From positions 1,766 to 65,765 of IMG/VR virus record IMGVR_UViG_3300034198_027116: a stretch of DNA of 64,000 nucleotides. The stretch is one strand, 5' to 3'. Each line of letters opens with the position of its first letter. The stretch's first letter is position 1. Position numbers and translations under genes: made by a program. The notes below the pieces were generated by a model that had not been told where the DNA came from, made no database searches, and was given only the letters and a program-made list of their open reading frames with translations. Origin of the DNA: a virus (lineage: Duplodnaviria; Caudoviricetes). This document shows positions 53,884 through 62,734 of the stretch, one piece after another.

Positions 53884-54206
53884 ACCTCAAACTCCATCGT
53901 TCCGCCGGCGGGGATCATGGGCATACCCTCTGCGCCGCGGTGCGCGACGGTAACCGTCATGCGATGGCCGTCTCGCTGCACCAGCACGCTAATCGACTGC
54001 ACATTTCGATTGTCCACCTGCACGCGCTCCACCATGGTCTTGCCGCGGCTGGCGGCGTGCGTGCGCAGCAGGTACTCGTCGGCGGCACGCAGCTGGTCGC
54101 GCAGGTCGCTGAGAGCGCGGTACGCGCGGTCGATGTTGATGAGCCCAACCTCGGCAAAGCTGAGATCCTGCTCCTCGGGTACCTCGTTCATCGGCTCCTC
54201 GCTCAC
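53880..54206 (-). CDS. hypothetical protein
   Basis: GAGG RBS, GTG 54206; coupled on both sides. Confidence 0.6.
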   Translation of the reverse strand: MSEEPMNEVPEEQDLSFAEVGLINIDRAYRALSDLRDQLRAADEYLLRTHAASRGKTMVERVQVDNRNVQSISVLVQRDGHRMTVTVAHRGAEGMPMIPAGGTMEFEV

Positions 54207-55549
54207 TGTGGCCTCTTCGAGAACTGGCCGGTGTTGGCCGGGTTGCCGCCGCGGTACGAGAAGCCGCCACCGAACGCGTGCACCGCGGTCTGCACCGGTC
54301 CCGTTACGCGGAGCTGGCGCACGATCATGCGCTCCGCCTCCATGACGCTGCGCTTCTGACGCCAGACGTGGTCGAGGCCGCGCTGAGCCAGCGCGCCCCA
54401 TTGTAGTCCCAGCTTGGTGGCGAAGTCGTCGAGCCCCTTCTCGAGCATGTGAAAGCCCTCGGTATGACCGTTGTCCTGCTGCCTAAACATGATGAACTCG
54501 AACGTGGTCGAGCCGCTAGGCTTGCCGTCCTTGCCCAAGGTGACGTTGCCGGCGGCCTCGTTGCGCGCACCCATCATGGCGCCGAAGTAGGGGTAGTCGC
54601 CGAGCTGCGCCGCGTGCACGAACACCTCGTTGCCGTAGTAGCGCTTGGTTCCCACGACGGGCTTGAGCACTCGATCAGCGCCGTGCTCCATGAACCAGCC
54701 GTAGTACGAGAGCGTCTGCGCCATCATCACGGCGTTAGGCCCGTCTCCCACGCAGGTGACGTCGATGGACTGAAAGAGGTTGCCCTCGGCCTCTCCGGGC
54801 GCGTGCACGAGACCGCCCCTGCCCTTGACGTTGGTGATGTAGCGTCCGCCGCCGCCGGCGGACTGGCCGCGCGAGCTAGCGAGCTTGGCGATCTCGCGCT
54901 CGTAGGCCGCGCCCATGTCCTCGGCACCCTTGAGCGCCTTGTGCAGCTCCGGCAGATTGATGCCCTCTGCCGAGGCGGCCTGCTCGATGTTGCGCTTCAT
55001 GGAACCGGAGGCGCGGCTGTAGGCGTCGTAGTACTTGCCCAGCTCAGCGGCGGTCATCTTGAAGTCGTTGGTCATCTGGCTAGTCTTGGGCCCACCTCGA
55101 CGATTGAGGTCCTGGATCAACGCTGCGCGGGACGCGGAGGCGTCGGAGTTCTGCGCTAGGCCCACGTAAGCCCGGTTCTGGGTCGGCTTGTAGGCAGAAC
55201 CGCGCGGTGGTCCGATGGGCGTGTGCACCTGGATCGAGTGCTTCAACCCGAACGCCGCCTTCTCGCTCACCATGGCCGTGGTCGGATAGTTGCTGAGTAC
55301 TCCGTAGGCCTTGGCGAGCGCGGTGGCCAGCTCGCCGACGTCCCACAGGACGTTGAAGCCCATACCCGCGCCCATGTAGTGGTACTTGCCACTGCCCAGG
55401 TAGGCGCCCGTGCCGAGGTCCTGGCGACCGGTCGAGAACTGCGGCATGCCCTGAGGGCCACCCGGTGCGCCGGAGACGCCGTAGGTTCCCAGGTGGGAGG
55501 CGGATCCTCCCATCGGCTGGGAGACGCCGGGGATCTGGCTAGCTTGCAT
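54203..55549 (-). CDS. enlarged HK97 gp10-like neck protein
   Basis: HTP...GNL.QSI...YG.FMEHG...GFHMLEKG. Confidence 0.6.
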   Translation of the reverse strand: MQASQIPGVSQPMGGSASHLGTYGVSGAPGGPQGMPQFSTGRQDLGTGAYLGSGKYHYMGAGMGFNVLWDVGELATALAKAYGVLSNYPTTAMVSEKAAFGLKHSIQVHTPIGPPRGSAYKPTQNRAYVGLAQNSDASASRAALIQDLNRRGGPKTSQMTNDFKMTAAELGKYYDAYSRASGSMKRNIEQAASAEGINLPELHKALKGAEDMGAAYEREIAKLASSRGQSAGGGGRYITNVKGRGGLVHAPGEAEGNLFQSIDVTCVGDGPNAVMMAQTLSYYGWFMEHGADRVLKPVVGTKRYYGNEVFVHAAQLGDYPYFGAMMGARNEAAGNVTLGKDGKPSGSTTFEFIMFRQQDNGHTEGFHMLEKGLDDFATKLGLQWGALAQRGLDHVWRQKRSVMEAERMIVRQLRVTGPVQTAVHAFGGGFSYRGGNPANTGQFSKRPQ

Positions 55550-56201
55550 TGAGCACCCGCTCGACCTCTACCTCGTTGTGATGCGCGCCAAAGGCCGCGA
55601 GAATCTGCTGGCCAGAGATGGTCTGTAGCACGTAGCCGGCGTGCGCACCGACGGTGATGGCGATGTGGTCAGACGGAAGTACCTCGACCTCTGGCGGCAG
55701 GTAGCAGACGCCGTGCTCCAGACTGGTGGTCGTCATGTTGGTGCGGTACAGAGCGTCGCGGCGACCGCCCACGGGGTCGTACCGGCACGGCACGCTGGAC
55801 TCGAGGATGCTAAGCCCCTGGATCGGCGTGCCCTCGTCGCTGCCGATCTGGAGGTATCGCATGATGGAGCAGCGCTCGCTGAGAAAGCGGTTCATCGTGC
55901 CGAAGCGGTTGGGATAGACCCCGGTCGGACCGGTAGTCGGCTGGTCGGCCGGTAACGAGCCGCTTACCACCAGCTCCTCTACCGCGATCAGGTTCGCGTT
56001 GCTTCCGCGATCCCAGATGATTGAGTAGGTACCGTTGGTCGTGGGTGCCGTACCAGCCCAGTGATACAGACCGCTATCGGCGGGGTTCTCCACGATGCCG
56101 ATCGTCGTCGGATGGAGAAAGACGGCTCCGTTAGGCGTGTCGACGATCGAGATGCGGATCGTCCCGGCCAGGCCGGAGCTACCCGGCATCGCGGTGAGCA
56201 A
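55539..56201 (-). CDS. head closure/adaptor protein with N-terminal Ig-like domain (start uncertain)
   Basis: VPCR...YLPPEVEV.P.D.I.I...H.EV; frame stays open upstream to CTG 56243. Confidence 0.65.
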   Translation of the reverse strand: MLTAMPGSSGLAGTIRISIVDTPNGAVFLHPTTIGIVENPADSGLYHWAGTAPTTNGTYSIIWDRGSNANLIAVEELVVSGSLPADQPTTGPTGVYPNRFGTMNRFLSERCSIMRYLQIGSDEGTPIQGLSILESSVPCRYDPVGGRRDALYRTNMTTTSLEHGVCYLPPEVEVLPSDHIAITVGAHAGYVLQTISGQQILAAFGAHHNEVEVERVLNAS

Positions 56202-56373
56202 GCTAGCCTCGAGGCTAGAGCGGGGTGCGACGTAGATCGTCAGCGCTCTGGCCTATCATGGTGGCAGGCTGCGCCTACGAATGCTGTCAATGCGATGCCT
56301 CGGTGCTCGACCTAGACGATGGACTCACCCTCGGCGCTCGGCCTCAACAGGTGAGACCTCATCATAGCAAACT

Positions 56374-56400
56374 TGAAACGTGCCAGCGTGTCGCGTTTCA
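56374..56400. repeat. 27-bp palindromic element, copy 4
   Basis: TGAAACGTGCCA-GCG-TGTCGCGTTTCA; on the - strand followed by TGCTATGAT (-10-like). Confidence 0.75.
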
Positions 56401-57105
56401 GGCCTTGATCAGGTGCCAGATACGAGCGTGATCGGGCTGAGTGCTGCCCGAGGAGATCGTCTGGGAGCTGTCTTGCGACACAGAGACTCCGTGGCCGTGT
56501 GAGCCCTCGGCGCCCACGGATGGAGCGTTTTGGGTATGCGTGTGATCGCCATGTGCCTGAGCGTTGCCAATGAGAGCGTGGTAGTGGGCGTCGGCGGCGT
56601 CGTAGAAGCTAGTTCCTCCGTACGTGATGCCGGTAGCGCTCGGCCCACCGAGATTGGTGTTGGTGGCGTAGTGAGAACCCATGGCGGCCGCTCCATCACC
56701 GGAAGGATTCTTAGCGTTGGTGTTCACGGAGCCTGTGTTCATGTCGTGAGTATGGTTCGCAGCTGTGTTGTTGTTCTGGGTGGTGCCCGGGAGACCCGCC
56801 GCTACAGTGATGCTCGACGTGAACCGATGCGACGTAGAGTGGGTCCAGGCGCCGGGCGTGGCGGACGTCAGGTGGTTGTTGCCCGAGGCGTAGGCCGCCT
56901 GCGCCGTCCCAGGTAGCGCGAAGGTGGTGGAGCCGTCACCTACGCCGTAGGTCGTGCCAACGGCGGCAAAGAGCGCGGCGTAGGTCGTGCGGCTTCGAGG
57001 AAGCCCGTCGCACAGCAGCCAGCCCGCGGGGATCATGGAGCTCGATAGGCCCAACCAGGGCACGATCGTGCCGACCGGAACGTATGGCTGGTTGGAGTCG
57101 CTCAT
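56398..57105 (-). CDS. tail-collar-domain fibre protein 3 (HxH repeats)
   Basis: PVGTIVPW...GWLLCDG...YAALFAAVGTTYGVGDGSTTFALP. Confidence 0.85.
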   Translation of the reverse strand: MSDSNQPYVPVGTIVPWLGLSSSMIPAGWLLCDGLPRSRTTYAALFAAVGTTYGVGDGSTTFALPGTAQAAYASGNNHLTSATPGAWTHSTSHRFTSSITVAAGLPGTTQNNNTAANHTHDMNTGSVNTNAKNPSGDGAAAMGSHYATNTNLGGPSATGITYGGTSFYDAADAHYHALIGNAQAHGDHTHTQNAPSVGAEGSHGHGVSVSQDSSQTISSGSTQPDHARIWHLIKA

Positions 57106-57782
57106 GCGTATCGAATGTAGTAGCGCACCAGGTGATACGGCGGATCGTTAGATCCGCTCACGCTGTGGTTTGACTGGGTTACCGTGAGCTTGTGGCTGTG
57201 GGCCCCGGAGGTATTTACCGTTCCCAAGTTGGCGTCGTGGGTATGGTTCCACCCCGTGTTGTCGGTGTTCCCGGCGTTCCAGCCGTGGGTGTGCTGAGCG
57301 GCGTTGTTGTAGGCCGTGGTGGTATAGGAAGATCGAGCGTCGTTCTGCAGCGAGCTGGAGTTCCCGGAGGTGCCCGCGTTATAGCTGTGCCCGTGGTCTC
57401 CGCTAGCGTACAGGGTCTGGGCTGGCACGTTGTGGGAATGGCCGCCGCCGCCGAGCGCGGTGCTCGAGACCGCGTTGGTGACGTTGTGGGAGTGCGTCAT
57501 CGCGCCTCCCTGTGCGGCAAGGTTGCCGTTGGAAACCGCTCCCCTCAGCATCCTTGGGCTGTTGTCGCTGGAGTTGAGTAGCGGAAGCTTGAAGTATCCC
57601 GCCGTGGCGCTGCCGTACGTCGTCGTGATGACGTTGTACAGCTGCTGGTAGGTCGCGATCAGCTGCTCAGAACCGTCACAGGGCAGATAGCCGGGCATGG
57701 CGGTGACCTTGCCGGCCATGATGACGGCTCCTATGGGCAAGCCTAGCTGCGGACTGAGGGGTTGAGCTAGCCTGAGCGTCAC
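57102..57782 (-). CDS. tail-collar-domain fibre protein 2 (HxH repeats)
   Basis: PIGAVI...GYLPCDGS...Y..LY.VI.TTYG...FKLP. Confidence 0.85.
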   Translation of the reverse strand: MTLRLAQPLSPQLGLPIGAVIMAGKVTAMPGYLPCDGSEQLIATYQQLYNVITTTYGSATAGYFKLPLLNSSDNSPRMLRGAVSNGNLAAQGGAMTHSHNVTNAVSSTALGGGGHSHNVPAQTLYASGDHGHSYNAGTSGNSSSLQNDARSSYTTTAYNNAAQHTHGWNAGNTDNTGWNHTHDANLGTVNTSGAHSHKLTVTQSNHSVSGSNDPPYHLVRYYIRYA

Positions 57783-58471
57783 GGGGTGCCACCAGCGTAT
57801 ACGACGTAGTGGAGCTGCAGGTTGCGCGGCAGGTGGTCCTGCGCCGCGGTGTTGACGGTGACGCCCTGCGTAACGGTGCCAGAGGTATGAAGGTGAAGGT
57901 CGGAGCTCGTGTTGTTGTCGCCCGGGGTCGTAGAGGCGATCGTGTGCCCGTGGCTCACCGAGCTGCTGCTCAGAGCGATGGAGTGCGAGTGGGTCTCGAA
58001 CGAGCGAACCGTGCTGCCTCCCGATGCGCGCTTGACGTTGGTGGCCGTGTCGTTGTTACCGCTGCCACCTACCCCGTGGCTGTGGTCGCCGGCGGCCGCG
58101 AGGTTACCTGGGGTGTGCGAGTGAGCGTGGCTGCTACCGCCGCTGGTAGCGGTGAAGGCGGCGAAGTTGGAGTTGAACGTGTGCGTGTGCGTCGCGGCAC
58201 CGGCGTACGTTCCTACGTCGCTGTCCTTGAGGGGATTGAGTACGATGCGGCCGCTGAGGTCAGGCAGCTTGCCCTTGCCCGTCGCTCCTGTTCCAAACGT
58301 CGTGGAGATCAGCGCCGCTAGTCGTGGGTACGCCGCGGGGTCCACCTCCTGCCCGTTGCATAGCAGAAAGTTCTTGGGCGGCGTAGCGCTGTGCCAGGAG
58401 ATCAACGCCCCTACGGGCAGCACGTCGTCCTTAGACGTCACGCTGCTGCCGTAGGGGGTGGTGACCGACAC
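57779..58471 (-). CDS. tail-collar-domain fibre protein 1 (HxH repeats)
   Basis: PVGALISW...FLLCNGQ...YPRLA..I..TFG...LPDL.GR. Confidence 0.85.
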   Translation of the reverse strand: MSVTTPYGSSVTSKDDVLPVGALISWHSATPPKNFLLCNGQEVDPAAYPRLAALISTTFGTGATGKGKLPDLSGRIVLNPLKDSDVGTYAGAATHTHTFNSNFAAFTATSGGSSHAHSHTPGNLAAAGDHSHGVGGSGNNDTATNVKRASGGSTVRSFETHSHSIALSSSSVSHGHTIASTTPGDNNTSSDLHLHTSGTVTQGVTVNTAAQDHLPRNLQLHYVVYAGGTP

Positions 58472-59700
58472 TAGCCGATGACGATGACGCGGTAGGCGTT
58501 AGCGGTCGGCGCGCTGGCGAAGTTGAGCGTGACCGAGTTAGCCGTGGTGTACTCGACATCGACCTGAACCTGAGCGTAGGAGCCACCGTTCTCGCGCACC
58601 TGCACGATGCAGTCTCGCGTGTCCATGTCGTGCGTGATCACGAAAGACGTGTCGCTGCTATTACCGACGTTCGCCGCATAGGTCGTCGTGAAGCCAAGGT
58701 TCGTCTTCGCGCCCGCCGCGTCCGTGGCGCCGGTGCCACCGTAGTCGACCGCGATCGTATCGGCCTCCCAGGTGCCCGTCGCAACCGTGCCGAGGGTGTC
58801 GATCGAGGCCTGGCCGGCGTAGTTCTCGTCGATGTCGACCGAGTCGGAGTTGACGACGATACGGTCGGTGGTGCCGCCCACGTCGAGGCGGTTGCCGTCC
58901 TTGGTGAGGCCGTCGCCTGCCGTGATCTCGCCCGCACCAGAGAACTGCACCCACGTGATGTCATCGTCACCGATCGTGACGGGGTTCGGGGTGGAGAGCA
59001 CGTAGCCGTTGCTCGCGTTGAGATCGCCCTCCTCGACGAACACAAACGCGCCGGCATTGAGCTTGCCCTGCACCGCGTCGTCGGCACGCGTCCACGCGCC
59101 GCCGGCGACGACGACGTAGATGCCATTCTCGGTGGCATCGTCCTGGTCCTTGACGAGCACGCGGTCGCCGGCGATTAGGGTGACGCTCGTATCGAGCGTC
59201 TGCAGGTTGGCAAGCACGATGTCCGCGGTAGTCGCGGCGCGCGCGGACTGCTTAACGTCAAGGCCGATTGAGACGGCGTCGACGTACGCCTTGGTGGCGG
59301 CGTCTTGCGGATCATCTGGATCGGCGAGACCGGTGATCTTGTAGTCGTTCCAATCGACGTCCGCCTCGGGGGCCGCCATCTGATCAAGGCGGCTCGTGTG
59401 AACCTGGTCGTCGAAGTCCGAGATCGTCGAGGCGGTCTGCGTACCGGTGTGATTGGCGCGATCAAGCGGATCCGTCTCAAGCTTCGAGAGCTCGATGGCG
59501 GCGCTCGAGGAGATGTCGGCGTTGGTGAACAGCGCCGAGGCGTAGCGCCAGTCGGTGCCGTCGTAGATCTTGAGGCGGCCGTCAGAGCTGTTGAAGTAGA
59601 TCTGCCCGGCAACGGGGCTCTCTGGGTCGGTACCCAGAACGTGGATCTTGGCCTTCTGCAGTTCGTTCTGCTGAAGATCGATGTTGTTGAGAAACTTCAT
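58471..59700 (-). CDS. virion fibre/decoration protein
   Basis: GQIYFN, DAATKAYVD, GDRVLVKDQ..ATENGIY, ITH.M.T motifs typical of large-phage fibres. Confidence 0.78.
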   Translation of the reverse strand: MKFLNNIDLQQNELQKAKIHVLGTDPESPVAGQIYFNSSDGRLKIYDGTDWRYASALFTNADISSSAAIELSKLETDPLDRANHTGTQTASTISDFDDQVHTSRLDQMAAPEADVDWNDYKITGLADPDDPQDAATKAYVDAVSIGLDVKQSARAATTADIVLANLQTLDTSVTLIAGDRVLVKDQDDATENGIYVVVAGGAWTRADDAVQGKLNAGAFVFVEEGDLNASNGYVLSTPNPVTIGDDDITWVQFSGAGEITAGDGLTKDGNRLDVGGTTDRIVVNSDSVDIDENYAGQASIDTLGTVATGTWEADTIAVDYGGTGATDAAGAKTNLGFTTTYAANVGNSSDTSFVITHDMDTRDCIVQVRENGGSYAQVQVDVEYTTANSVTLNFASAPTANAYRVIVIG

Positions 59701-59709
59701 GCGCCGCTC

Positions 59710-60159
59710 CTAGCAGACGTAGGCTTTGCCCCCAAAGGGGGCTGTAAAGATGATGTTCAGGGTGTTCGAGTCGATGTACACGACGTTGCCATAGACTACC
59801 GAATCTCCGCTGTCTACTACACTCACGCCGCCCGGATGAACGCCTAGGTTGTGCTCTACGACCCACGCGTCAGACGCCGTGCTCTGCACGTGGGTGTAGC
59901 GGACGGGCTTGCCCGTCCACAGCGACGTAGCCTCGTCGTAGACGATGGCGTTGCCGTCTTGATCGGCGGATAGATCAAAGTTATGCGAAAAGCCGCTGTC
60001 GTTGAGCGGGATGCCCTCGCCCCATCCTGCCTGGCTCTTGGGTCCGTACAGCACGATGTCGGTGCTATCGAGCCAGTAGTCTCCGATCGTTCCCACGCCA
60101 GGATCTGGCGCTCCGGTTCCCTTGATGATCCGGGATCCTTGTGGTTCGATGGCGGTCAA
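59710..60159 (-). CDS. virion structural protein
   Basis: G.GAP..G..GDY.LD...YGPK; YTHVQ..ASD.W.V.HNLG. Confidence 0.7.
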   Translation of the reverse strand: MTAIEPQGSRIIKGTGAPDPGVGTIGDYWLDSTDIVLYGPKSQAGWGEGIPLNDSGFSHNFDLSADQDGNAIVYDEATSLWTGKPVRYTHVQSTASDAWVVEHNLGVHPGGVSVVDSGDSVVYGNVVYIDSNTLNIIFTAPFGGKAYVC

Positions 60160-60245
60160 GAGCGCCTATCCTTCAGAACTAGCACAGAATACCTCGAATC
60201 GCCAACAAGGAGCATCATAGCAGCGCTCCGTGGCTACAGCGAACG

Positions 60246-61055
60246 CTAGAGAGGAAGAGTTCCCCAACGAGACGGATCGCTGAGACGCTCAGTGATGGGC
60301 TGCCACCACTCGGGATACTCGACCCACAGACCCGGAGCCATGACGCTCTGAACGTGCTCGCGGAAGTACTTGATGATGGCGTCGATGCTGGTGACGCCAT
60401 AGAGATCTACCTCGGTATCGATCTTCTTGAGCTCGTAGTCATAGGAGCCGATCGACTCCTTCTGGAAGGGGCCGTAGACCACCGATGGCTGCTGAACGAT
60501 GAGCAGAGCTGCCAGCTGAGCGGTCAGGTCACGCAGCATGTTGGTCTGTAGCGGTGTGAGATCTGCGCCAACCAATAGGAAGATGTGACACTGGATGTAG
60601 GCCAAGCGGCGGGCGCGGTTGATGGCGGTCATCATCACGTCACCGTCGATCTGGCTGCCGGCGTTCCCCATCGCCAGAGCTACCTCGTAGGAGGTGGGCA
60701 CCGGCATCACGGCGTCTAGCGTGGCGTCGCGCTCGTCGAAGTCGTTAGGCAGGACCTCGACGTGCATCTGAGGGGGCGTCTCGAGCGACTGGCGAATCGT
60801 CGGAGAACCCACGGGAGAGAGCTGAATGATGGCGTGGTAGGCACCCGGCACCGTGAGATCTCCCTCCTCCCACTCGTAGGCGCACACCCCGTTGCTAGCG
60901 TCTACCTTAGCAGCAAGGCGTTCTGCGATCTCCGTCTGGTCCGCGCGCTGCCAACGCACGTATACGTTGATGTTCGTGACGTCGATGATCATGCCTGAGT
61001 CTCGAATCAAGATCTGCAGGTTGGGGCGAACGTCTCCTACGCGGTAGTAGTTCAT
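60246..61055 (-). CDS. BppU-like N-terminus fused to a head-tail connector-like domain
   Basis: GD.RP.L...Y.W..GDL..PG.Y; KESIGSYDY. Confidence 0.65.
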   Translation of the reverse strand: MNYYRVGDVRPNLQILIRDSGMIIDVTNINVYVRWQRADQTEIAERLAAKVDASNGVCAYEWEEGDLTVPGAYHAIIQLSPVGSPTIRQSLETPPQMHVEVLPNDFDERDATLDAVMPVPTSYEVALAMGNAGSQIDGDVMMTAINRARRLAYIQCHIFLLVGADLTPLQTNMLRDLTAQLAALLIVQQPSVVYGPFQKESIGSYDYELKKIDTEVDLYGVTSIDAIIKYFREHVQSVMAPGLWVEYPEWWQPITERLSDPSRWGTLPL

Positions 61056-61492
61056 GCCAGCGTCACCGAGGCGGTCAGCGTCCACGTACCGCTGCTCTTG
61101 GTACCGAGGTTCTGCACGCGTCGCGAGAGCATCTTGGCGCCGCTAGCGCCCCAGAAGATCGCGTATTCGCGCCAGGTAAAGTTGGCCTCGCCGGTGGTAA
61201 ACTGGGAACGAAGCGTGACCGTCTGAGATGCCCTGGACGGATAACCGGCCACCATGCCCTTGCGCAGCTTGCTGCTCGATGCCTGCAGGTCCGTCTGCGA
61301 CGGCACAAAGGCCGTGGAGGAGTCTCCGACCCCGATGTAGGCGTTGGTCGCGCTAACTGCCGTTCCACCCAGGCCAAAGGCGACGTCCAGCATGTTGTTG
61401 AGACCCGCGGTCGTAATCTCGTTGTGCCCGAGCTGCTCGACAACGCCGTCGCGCTCGAGTTCCCAGGTAATCACGAGAGCGCGCTCTTCCAC
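61052..61492 (-). CDS. virion structural protein (leaderless GTG)
   Basis: N.IT.AG...YIGVGD...EANF.W.E..LGTK; TATACT 6 nt upstream. Confidence 0.7.
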   Translation of the reverse strand: MEERALVITWELERDGVVEQLGHNEITTAGLNNMLDVAFGLGGTAVSATNAYIGVGDSSTAFVPSQTDLQASSSKLRKGMVAGYPSRASQTVTLRSQFTTGEANFTWREYAIFWGASGAKMLSRRVQNLGTKSSGTWTLTASVTLA

Positions 61493-61522
61493 AGCGCAAG
61501 TATACCGCAGATGGAGGCTAGC

Positions 61523-62734
61523 TCATCGACGCGCGTAGATGACTCGGATGTCGGGGTTGACCGTCATCTGGCCCGTCCATACCGTCGCGTAGCCGTGGCG
61601 CTCGAGAGCGGCTAGTGCCCGCTCGTAGAGCTCGATGGTGTGCGTCTCGATGGCGTACGCCTCGGGTACCGCAAAGAGCTGCGGAGACATCGCTAGGAGG
61701 TGCGCCTCGCCGCCCTCGAGGTCGCACTTGATCACCTGCGGTCTATGAACCAGCACCATCTTCTCGAGGTCGGCGCTGGTGCTGATCTCCGCGACTATCG
61801 GCGTGATGCGGGGATCGTCGTAGCGCTCGAGGTCCTCGGCCCTCATGTCCACCGCTAGCACGCGACTAGCGCCCTCCGAGAGCCAGTGATCCGCCGTGGC
61901 GGGGTAGGGGCGGAGTCGATTGACGCCGAAGTCGCCAGCGCCGAGGTCGAGCACCACCCGATCGCGCACCTCCACGCCCGCCCAGTGCTCGCTCGGCTCC
62001 TCGCCGTAGATCAGGCGCGTCGTCGGCCATAGTTCCGCAAAGCGCGCTTGGTCGCGAGCGATCTTCGCCGCCTTATCGTGGTTGGAAGCGTCGCTACCGC
62101 TTCCGAGGTGGTCGCATCCCACTCCCCGGACGGTGCAAGCGCGCCCGCCGCGCACGTGGAGACGCCGCATGAGGTCGTCATCGCCGTACCACCACTCGAG
62201 CCGCGGATGCACGGCGTAGAGCTCGTCCCGCCAGAACTCCGCCGCGACGACGAACGCCCACCCGATGACCTCGGTCTCGAGGAGCGGCACCGCGTGGGGC
62301 GCGACGGGCTCGGTGAGCGCGTGCAGGTCGGGGTGCCACCACCGGTGGTGCTGCGAGTACAGGGCGGGGCGGGCGGGATCCACGGCGGCGAGCTGATAGC
62401 CCCCGGCGCGCATGACCTCGCAGAGGGTGCGCACGCCGTCGGGCGGGAGGCGGATGTCGGAGTTGAGGATCGCCACGTTGGTGGGCTCGTCGGCGTGCTC
62501 TCGGATCACCGCATTCCAGGTCTCGTGGATGCCCCGTCCACGGTTGTCTATCCACGTTAGGCGCTTGTCGGTGAGCCGGCGATGAAGCGCCCATGCCTCG
62601 GTGCCGTCCGCACCCGCGTCGTAGAGCCGCACCTCGTCTACCTCGTCGCAGAGGAGGAGATGCTCCGCGAGGGTCGCCGTCCACCCGAGCGTGTTGATCG
62701 TCGGGATGACCGCGACGGTCCTAGGCGCGCTCAC
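61523..62734 (-). CDS. GT2-like glycosyltransferase fused to an FkbM-like SAM methyltransferase
   Basis: VIPT, WN, ILNSDI, GWAF, WYGDDDL; then VLDLGAG, IKCDLEGGE. Confidence 0.78.
   Translation of the reverse strand: MSAPRTVAVIPTINTLGWTATLAEHLLLCDEVDEVRLYDAGADGTEAWALHRRLTDKRLTWIDNRGRGIHETWNAVIREHADEPTNVAILNSDIRLPPDGVRTLCEVMRAGGYQLAAVDPARPALYSQHHRWWHPDLHALTEPVAPHAVPLLETEVIGWAFVVAAEFWRDELYAVHPRLEWWYGDDDLMRRLHVRGGRACTVRGVGCDHLGSGSDASNHDKAAKIARDQARFAELWPTTRLIYGEEPSEHWAGVEVRDRVVLDLGAGDFGVNRLRPYPATADHWLSEGASRVLAVDMRAEDLERYDDPRITPIVAEISTSADLEKMVLVHRPQVIKCDLEGGEAHLLAMSPQLFAVPEAYAIETHTIELYERALAALERHGYATVWTGQMTVNPDIRVIYARR

Noticed and set aside
56398-58471. Diversity-generating retroelement or invertible fibre cassette
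   Set aside because: No near-identical template/variable repeats, reverse transcriptase or invertase seen; the paralogs are highly diverged and co-oriented.
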